Virus record (IMG/VR): IMGVR_UViG_3300018471_000107 | Coordinates: 1-4,285 of that record | Length of the DNA stretch: 4,285 nt | Strand: one strand, 5' to 3' | Source of the DNA: a virus | Lineage: Duplodnaviria; Heunggongvirae; Uroviricota; Caudoviricetes | Shown here: positions 1-4,285 of the stretch, piece after piece | How positions within the stretch are numbered: the stretch's first letter is position 1 | Layout: every line of letters starts with the position of its first letter | Notes under the pieces: model-generated | Database searches by the model: none | Seen by the model: the letters and a program-made list of their open reading frames with translations, nothing else | What the model was told of the DNA's origin: nothing | Position numbers and translations under genes: made by a program

Positions 1-209
1 CCCGTAAAATGACAGGAATTGTCAAAACCTTTGACGGCAAAAGCGGCAAGGGTCTTATCACCCCATCCGATGGTCGTATCGATGTCCAGCTTCATGTTTC
101 AGCGCTCAATCTCCGCGATGCAGAAGAAATTACCACCGGATTACGCGTGGAATTTTGCCGGATAAATGGTCTGCGTGGCCCTTCAGCTGCCAATGTTTAC
201 CTTTCATGA
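1..209 (+). CDS. cspF: Cold-shock-like protein, CspF/CspH family; 5' end probably just outside the window
   Basis: ORF 9..209 translates to [23 protein letters not shown]...[20 protein letters not shown], which matches the divergent CspF/CspH cold-shock paralogs as I recall them (degenerate RNP motifs, C-terminal GLRGP.AANVYLS). Bases 3-8 are in frame and read R-K before the ATG, consistent with the MSRKMTG N-terminus of CspF/CspH, so the true start is probably 3 nt before position 1. Stop TGA at 207-209. Symbol given by synteny with Q and ydfU as in Qin; it could equally be called cspH-like. Confidence 0.85.
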
Positions 210-263
210 GCTATATTAAAGCTTTAATTTCAGGCCCCATCGGATCACACATGGAGAGTTTTT

Positions 264-353
264 ATGAATAACCCCGTCTGTCTTGATGACTGGTTGATTG
301 GCTTTAAAAGCTTATGCTGTACTTTGGCCGTAATAGCTCTGCTAATAATATAA
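264..353 (+). CDS. Hypothetical small hydrophobic peptide (29 aa), candidate small membrane protein
   Basis: ATG at 264 is preceded by GGAGAG at 253-258 with 5 nt between the motif and the ATG (7 nt from the GGAG core). Translation is [29 protein letters not shown], stop TAA 351-353, with a hydrophobic C-terminal stretch. Not on the supplied ORF track because it is short. No homology is claimed; an AT-rich spacer can produce such ORFs by chance. Confidence 0.25.
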
Positions 354-501
354 TAAGCAGACTCATTGTGTTTAGGGACATTGTACTGGAAGAAAACATT
401 TTAAACATCAGGCAAATAACCAAGTCACCAGCTAAATAATAAGTTAACAGACATGAGTCCCGGGATGAGATTCAACATTACCATTGCCCCATTTAAAGCA
501 C

Positions 502-537
502 AAAACCCGCTCATCAGCGGGTTTTCTACTTTTTCTT
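502..537. terminator. Bidirectional intrinsic terminator; candidate tR' for the late transcript and terminator for cspF
   Basis: Stem 502-510 AAAACCCGC pairs with 517-525 GCGGGTTTT (9 bp, 5 GC pairs) around a 6-nt loop TCATCA. On the plus strand it is followed by TTTTCTACTTTTTCTT; on the minus strand by TTTT GTGCTTT. It sits between the convergent cspF and Q genes. Confidence 0.6.
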
Positions 538-558
538 AACGTCGGGTATACAAAGCCC

Positions 559-599
559 ATCGTTGAAAAAATTTTATCCATATTTTTTGAAAAATGCAA
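559..599 (-). promoter_or_regulatory. Candidate late promoter pR' with an AACGAT pause-like element in the initial transcribed region
   Basis: On the minus strand just after the Q stop: -35 TTGCAT (599..594), 17-bp spacer, -10 TAAAAT (576..571), then TTTTTC and AACGATGGG (564..556). From memory, AACGAT is the sigma70-dependent pause element of lambda pR'. The terminator at 502-525 lies about 40-60 nt further downstream. Q-binding element is not identified. Confidence 0.45.
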
Positions 600-630
600 A
601 CATCATGTCGCCATCTTCAGCAAAAATCAT

Positions 631-1383
631 TTATCTCGTCACCTTCCTCAATTGCGCTTCCGCGTATGCTTCTTCCTGCCAGCACTTTGTTACCAGTTTA
701 CCAATGACGTCCGCATACCCCTTATACCACTGATAATCGGTCAGGTCTGGTACCAGCTTCTGGACATGACGTCGTGCCAGCGTGGTCGGTAAACGACTAA
801 ATCGGTTTCCATTACAACGCCCACAAATCTTATATACCGGTACGCCATGAAACCGGGTTCTTTTTTCATCCAGAACAATCCCTTTACCCTTACACCCTCT
901 GCACGCTGTGCTGGCTTCGCCCTTACCATGGCAATGCTGACATAGTTCCTTCACCCATTCTTCCTTGATTACAGATTCCCCGCGTCTGTAGTGTTTCACC
1001 ACTTCGCGCAATACATTATAAAATCCCGTACCTGAACAATGCTCACAGCGAGCCTTACTTGCCGCAGACCTGGAGTAATCAGCAAAGGCAAAACTCACGA
1101 GGTAAGGAATAATCTGTAACCGGATTTCTTCACTCAATTTGTTCAATGTCGGGTTATCCAGTGCCATCGCGTAATTTAGCAGGCCTTCAATCGCAAACTG
1201 AGGGTCCTGAACACCAACTTTTGCCAGAAATAAGGCCAACCCAAGTGGTGCTTTCGACTGCACCATCCCCTGCGCTGCCATTACATCCGTAATTGTTAAA
1301 CAACCGGTGCCTGTCGCTGGAGCGTCATCGCTCAATTTTGGAGATTTTGGGGAGTAATATTTTGGTAAGGCTTCAAGGTTCAT
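631..1383 (-). CDS. quuQ: Antitermination protein Q, QuuQ/Phage_antitermQ type, 250 aa
   Basis: ORF 631..1413 translation matches the Q antiterminator family as I recall it. I place the start at the internal ATG 1383 (MNLEALPKYY...) because GGAGAA lies 5 nt upstream of it, whereas the track start at 1413 would overlap the upstream gene by 17 nt. This gives 250 aa and a 13-bp gap to the upstream gene, the same length and spacing I recall for quuQ and ydfU in E. coli K-12 Qin. Four CxxCxG motifs are present. Stop TAA 631-633. Confidence 0.85.
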   Translation of the reverse strand: MNLEALPKYYSPKSPKLSDDAPATGTGCLTITDVMAAQGMVQSKAPLGLALFLAKVGVQDPQFAIEGLLNYAMALDNPTLNKLSEEIRLQIIPYLVSFAFADYSRSAASKARCEHCSGTGFYNVLREVVKHYRRGESVIKEEWVKELCQHCHGKGEASTACRGCKGKGIVLDEKRTRFHGVPVYKICGRCNGNRFSRLPTTLARRHVQKLVPDLTDYQWYKGYADVIGKLVTKCWQEEAYAEAQLRKVTR

Positions 1384-1396
1384 GCTCGTTCTCCAC

Positions 1397-2392
1397 TTAC
1401 GCCAGTACGCCAATTGCCAGCGCGCGATCGATAAAACGAAATATCAGCTCCAGTTGGGAGCCATACTTCTCTTCAAATGCCACGGTATCCGCATGCAGCT
1501 CGTCGTGATGCTTTCTGCACAAAGGCAACACAAAAAGGTCATGCGCTTTTGTTCCCATTCCACCCTGACCGTGACCTATCAGGTGGTGGGGATCATCAGC
1601 AGGCTTTCCACAACATGCACACGGCTGTGTCTTAACCCAGCGCGTGTACTTTTCATTAACCCAGCGGCGACGTTTGGGGCGTAACATAAAAGACTCCGGC
1701 GACTCCGGCTCCACTTTCAGCGCCAGCACCTTTTTCGCCTTATCCTGGATGATGCTGGTGGCAGGAACCGAAGGAACAAGGTCACTTTCCCGGGTGACAG
1801 ACGGCACAACAGGCTTCGGTAATCTCAGTGCCTTACGGGCTGCACTTTCCGGTAAGGCATCCGCCAGGTCATTACGAACCAGCCACCAGCATAGTTCCGG
1901 CATTGTCACAACGTGACTATCATCAAAACCGAGATCCCGACGCACAACAGACAACACCCAGCGGGCACAGTTATCCGTTGCCATTGATTCCAGCCGTTCC
2001 GTAAACTGATCGCGCAGCTGGTTATCGCAGTGCCAGCACAGACGGATTGCACCCGGAGCGTGTCGCATTGTGGTCATGTTCTCGCTGTGCCAGTCGGAAT
2101 GAGGCCACTGGCAGCCTTTTTCACGAAGTAACCAGCTTTCAAGACATTCCACGCCACCAGCACGACGGATCACTGCCTCATCGCGGAACACGGCCCGAAC
2201 GGCAGGATCATCCGCCAGCGGTTGTGATGCCGCCGGAACGGCACCACTGGCGAAAGATGAATAACGCTCCGGCTCAGGCTCCAGCAGGACACGCCCCTGC
2301 ATAAACAGGGGCATCAGCTCTGAACCTGGCCTGAACAATACGATCCCCATACGCGGGGCAATTTCAGGGGTCAGTAGTGCTCTCACGGTCAC
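1397..2392 (-). CDS. ydfU: DUF968 family protein (YdfU-like) with a C-terminal HNH-like Cys/His cluster; putative nuclease or zinc-binding protein
   Basis: 331-codon ORF ending TAA 1397-1399. The C-terminus reads PCACCGKPADDPHHLIGHGQGGMGTKAHDLFVLPLCRKHHDELH, the Cys/His signature I associate with DUF968/YdfU prophage proteins. It sits immediately upstream of Q, as ydfU does in Qin. The track start is GTG at 2392, 1 nt after the upstream stop; GTG at 2386 with GAGGTG just upstream is a likelier start, so the start is uncertain by a few codons. Confidence 0.8.
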   Translation of the reverse strand: MTVRALLTPEIAPRMGIVLFRPGSELMPLFMQGRVLLEPEPERYSSFASGAVPAASQPLADDPAVRAVFRDEAVIRRAGGVECLESWLLREKGCQWPHSDWHSENMTTMRHAPGAIRLCWHCDNQLRDQFTERLESMATDNCARWVLSVVRRDLGFDDSHVVTMPELCWWLVRNDLADALPESAARKALRLPKPVVPSVTRESDLVPSVPATSIIQDKAKKVLALKVEPESPESFMLRPKRRRWVNEKYTRWVKTQPCACCGKPADDPHHLIGHGQGGMGTKAHDLFVLPLCRKHHDELHADTVAFEEKYGSQLELIFRFIDRALAIGVLA

Positions 2393-2393
2393 C

Positions 2394-3203
2394 TCAATGA
2401 ACGGTATCGAGCAGCTTTAACAGCTCAGTGAATCGGGATTCGAAGAAATGCGGCTGCGTCTCGCGCGGATTTGCAGGACTGGTGATGTTCTTGCCGAACA
2501 TGCAGCCTTTCGCCGTCAGCGACCAGAATTTTTTGATGTTGTTAATCGCTGTACGGCTGTATCGTTCGCGCTGTTCGACGATCCCCAGCTTCGCCATCTG
2601 GTGATATGCCTGATTAGCCGTCAGGCGGATACCATACTGCTTCAGCAGTGCACTCAGTGACAGCGTGGGGCGGCTTGAGCCATCAGGCGCGTCAGCAGGA
2701 GCATCAATGGCATAACGCGGTGCCAGATTCGGTAAGCCAACAGCCTCCTGGAGTTTCTGACAGGCCCCAAGCACAGATGAGTTAGACAGATTTAACTCCC
2801 GGCGCATAAAGTCCAGCAGAATCACGCCAGCCTGCATCTTGTCAGCAGCCTGTCCGGATAACTTTTCCGGCGCGCTGGTTACCATATCGAAAGTACGGAT
2901 CACCTTCAGATGGAATGACGGGCTGATCCACATTGCATAGGCATACACCAGTTCCTTACAGACATACGTTCCCCGTTCATTTCCCCCATGAATCACACTA
3001 ACTGGGTCAACACCCAAATTCTGGGTGTTGATTAATTCATGAACAAGATCAACAGTTTGTTGGCTGGAAAGAAACTTTCCTGGCTCCTTGGTTCTGGCAT
3101 TTGCACCAGATGCTACTGCTGCGCGATGCAGATCGTTCAGGCTGTAACGCTCATAAGCATCACGACGAACTTCAATACCATCAATGACCATCAGATTATT
3201 CAT
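2394..3203 (-). CDS. KilA-N domain-containing protein (putative phage antirepressor or DNA-binding regulator), 269 aa
   Basis: The N-terminal ~100 aa (VIDGIEVRRDAYERYSLNDL...GTYVCKELVYAYAMWISPSFHLKVI) fit the KilA-N/APSES-like pattern, including the G-T-[WY]-V and W-[IL]-S-P-x-F signature. The C-terminal ~160 aa is unassigned. Start ATG 3203 is preceded by AGAGGGGAAA; stop TGA 2394-2396. Confidence 0.8.
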   Translation of the reverse strand: MNNLMVIDGIEVRRDAYERYSLNDLHRAAVASGANARTKEPGKFLSSQQTVDLVHELINTQNLGVDPVSVIHGGNERGTYVCKELVYAYAMWISPSFHLKVIRTFDMVTSAPEKLSGQAADKMQAGVILLDFMRRELNLSNSSVLGACQKLQEAVGLPNLAPRYAIDAPADAPDGSSRPTLSLSALLKQYGIRLTANQAYHQMAKLGIVEQRERYSRTAINNIKKFWSLTAKGCMFGKNITSPANPRETQPHFFESRFTELLKLLDTVH

Positions 3204-3222
3204 ACTTCGTTTCCCCTCTTAA

Positions 3223-3321
3223 TCAGGCAGCTGCACCCGCCGTTTTCTCGTACTTACTGATAGTGATCTCGACCTTCCCTTCCGGGATAACCGGTCCCCA
3301 CTCCACCAGCATTCTTTTCAC
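3223..3321 (-). pseudogene. rusA: rusA 3' remnant: 32 in-frame codons after the internal amber codon, encoding the RusA C-terminus
   Basis: Reading through TAG at 3322-3324 in the same frame gives VKRMLVEWGPVIPEGKVEITISKYEKTAGAAA, then TGA at 3223-3225. This aligns with the RusA C-terminus as I recall it ([28 protein letters not shown]). The TGA lies 19 nt upstream of the KilA-N start and its RBS, the normal operon spacing. Confidence 0.6.
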
Positions 3322-3612
3322 CTAGCTGTCGTCTTCCCACACACCCGCGTGGGTCAGGGCGTCAAACAGCGCCTTGTTATAGTTGTCCAGATCGCGGATC
3401 CTGTTATCCGGAGGAAACAACACGATCTCCACTGAAGCAGGTGCCGACGTTGGTTTCGGCAGACGACGTAACTGCTCAACTATTGCTGCGCACGCCGCGC
3501 TCTGGAATTTTCGCCCCGCCGCGCTTATCAGGCTCTTACCAGCAAACGCCCCTTTGTTGGGGTGTCGCCAGTACGTGTTCACGCTGGGCGGAAAAGGCAG
3601 GATCAGCTTCAT
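3322..3612 (-). CDS. rusA: Crossover junction endodeoxyribonuclease RusA, truncated by a premature in-frame amber codon (96-aa product)
   Basis: Translation MKLILPFPPSVNTYWRH...DNRIRDLDNYNKALFDALTHAGVWEDDS matches RusA, including the catalytic acidic motifs RDLDN and WxDD. The ORF ends at TAG 3322-3324, at a position where E. coli RusA has Gln. Start ATG 3610-3612 overlaps the upstream stop in an ATGA arrangement. Confidence 0.8.
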   Translation of the reverse strand: MKLILPFPPSVNTYWRHPNKGAFAGKSLISAAGRKFQSAACAAIVEQLRRLPKPTSAPASVEIVLFPPDNRIRDLDNYNKALFDALTHAGVWEDDS

Positions 3613-3935
3613 ACTTTCAGGCCCCTCTCATGTAACCAGTGGGTTGCACGCAGCCTTGCGTTTTCCTCACCGGCAAGCAGTGAGCGGATAATCCCGACCG
3701 CCTCGCTGTCGTCGTCCTTCACCGCGGTATGAAGCGTGATGCCCCGGGCCACGCCACGCTTTATCGTGATGACGCCTTTTTTCTCCAGTGCGCGAAGATG
3801 CTCCACCGCTGCATTCACTGAACGGTATCCCAGCATGGTTGCCACCTCCTGATTGGTTGGCGGGAAGCCACGTTCTTTCTGATAAGAAATCAGCATATCC
3901 AGCACCTGCTGCTGGCATTGAGTTAACGTCGTCAT
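3609..3935 (-). CDS. LexA N-terminal DNA-binding domain protein lacking the S24 peptidase domain, 108 aa
   Basis: Translation MTTLTQCQQQVLDMLISYQKERGFPPTNQEVATMLGYRSVNAAVEHLRALEKKGVITIKRGVARGITL aligns closely with the LexA winged-helix domain ([66 protein letters not shown]). It is followed by a linker-like AVGIIRSLLAGEEN resembling LexA LVGRVAAGEP, then ends 20 aa later with no catalytic core. I chose ATG 3933-3935 (TAATG overlap with the upstream stop, G-rich RBS) over the track start at 3968. Stop TGA 3609-3611. Confidence 0.75.
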   Translation of the reverse strand: MTTLTQCQQQVLDMLISYQKERGFPPTNQEVATMLGYRSVNAAVEHLRALEKKGVITIKRGVARGITLHTAVKDDDSEAVGIIRSLLAGEENARLRATHWLHERGLKV

Positions 3936-4285
3936 TAAGCCCCCACGTAATTCCCTGACAGATACCACTCATCACCCGATGCAGCGCGCTTGCTGCTTTT
4001 CCGTAAGCACCGCTCACGACGCGCAAGAAAATTGTTTCGCTCTTGCTGGGAGTGGCTTTCACGGAATGCCGCCATCCACACCGTTGCAGCACGACGGTAT
4101 AAGCCCCTGGACTCCAGTTCTTCCGCCTGGCGGGTCAGGCACAAAATCTCCCGCGGGTCGTTAGTGCCGACATAGAAATTGCGCACAGGTCTGGTTTCAC
4201 GAACTGGTTGCGGTTCCGCCTCCTGCGCTCTCTCAGTCAGGCGCGGGAAATGTCTGCGTGTATCCCCTTCACAACGGTGAGCCAC
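3935..4285 (-). CDS. PerC-family transcriptional regulator (Pch-like), partial; 5' end lies beyond the right edge of the window
   Basis: The frame is open to the window edge (116 codons). It contains QAEELESRGLYRRAATVW, matching the PerC/Pch signature AE.LE..GLWRRAA..W as I recall it. Stop TAA 3935-3937 overlaps the next start. A GTG at 4184-4186 is a possible internal start but has no clear RBS. Confidence 0.6.
   Translation of the reverse strand: MAHRCEGDTRRHFPRLTERAQEAEPQPVRETRPVRNFYVGTNDPREILCLTRQAEELESRGLYRRAATVWMAAFRESHSQQERNNFLARRERCLRKSSKRAASGDEWYLSGNYVGA

Noticed and set aside
301-311. GCTTT-A-AAAGC short inverted repeat
   Set aside because: Only 5-bp arms, AT-rich; too weak to call a hairpin or operator.
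289-399. Minus-strand small ORFs ([25 protein letters not shown] and a longer in-frame version from ATG 397-399), antisense to the 264..353 ORF
   Set aside because: No Shine-Dalgarno upstream of either ATG. Hydrophobic translations are expected by chance in AT-rich sequence.
484-792. 102-aa plus-strand ORF
   Set aside because: It runs through the terminator hairpin and antisense into the Q gene, has no RBS, and has low-complexity composition. Antisense artefact.
741-929. 62-aa minus-strand ORF inside Q
   Set aside because: Out-of-frame overlap entirely within the well-supported Q CDS.
1384-1413. Longer Q start at 1413 (MAYWRKWRTS...) as on the ORF track
   Set aside because: It would overlap the 3' end of the DUF968 gene by 17 nt, and the internal ATG at 1383 has a GGAGAA RBS and gives the expected 250-aa Q.
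1293-2304. Plus-strand ORFs 1293..1508, 1382..1684, 1644..1916 and 2047..2304
   Set aside because: All are antisense to the Q and DUF968 genes, with no RBS and no recognisable protein features. Typical shadow ORFs opposite GC-rich coding sequence.
2448-3260. Plus-strand ORFs 2448..2660 and 3039..3260
   Set aside because: Antisense to the KilA-N gene, with no recognisable domain and no start context.
3383-3691. Plus-strand ORFs 3383..3691 and 3441..3635
   Set aside because: Antisense to the rusA and LexA-like genes; the Gly/Arg/Ala-rich translations are typical shadow ORFs.
3936-3968. Longer start at 3968 (MVSVRELRGGL...) for the LexA-like gene
   Set aside because: It would overlap the PerC-like gene by 34 nt in another frame. 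ATG 3933-3935 gives a TAATG coupled junction and begins exactly at the LexA-homologous N-terminus.
3667-4092. 141-aa minus-strand ORF overlapping both the LexA-like and PerC-like genes
   Set aside because: Different frame from two ORFs that carry clear family signatures, and its Gly/Arg-rich composition looks like an artefact.
3979-4175. Plus-strand ORFs 3979..4164 and 3990..4175
   Set aside because: Antisense to the PerC-like gene; no support.
1-4285. Search for tRNA, rRNA, CRISPR repeats, IS inverted repeats or att sites
   Set aside because: I saw no cloverleaf-like conserved tRNA motifs, no regularly spaced direct repeats, no transposase-like ORF and no terminal inverted repeats. The window appears to be entirely internal to the prophage.

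Overview
This window looks like the late-control region of a lambdoid (Qin-like) prophage from an Escherichia-type Enterobacteriaceae genome. On the minus strand, six genes run as one tightly packed operon from the right edge leftward: a PerC-family regulator (partial), a LexA N-terminal-domain-only protein, a rusA Holliday-junction resolvase interrupted by an in-frame amber codon, a KilA-N domain protein, a DUF968/YdfU-like Cys/His-rich protein, and an antiterminator Q of the QuuQ type with four CxxCxG motifs. Directly downstream of Q lies a candidate late promoter pR' followed by an AACGAT pause-like element and a bidirectional intrinsic terminator. A CspF/CspH-family cold-shock gene converges on the plus strand, and the AT-rich spacer after it holds a 29-codon hydrophobic ORF with a good Shine-Dalgarno. 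I found no tRNA, rRNA, CRISPR array or IS element. All family assignments are from reading the translations and from memory of these families; no database search was run. Nothing here is clearly a new defence system; the most unusual items are the LexA-domain-only gene coupled to an amber-interrupted rusA, and the small ORF.
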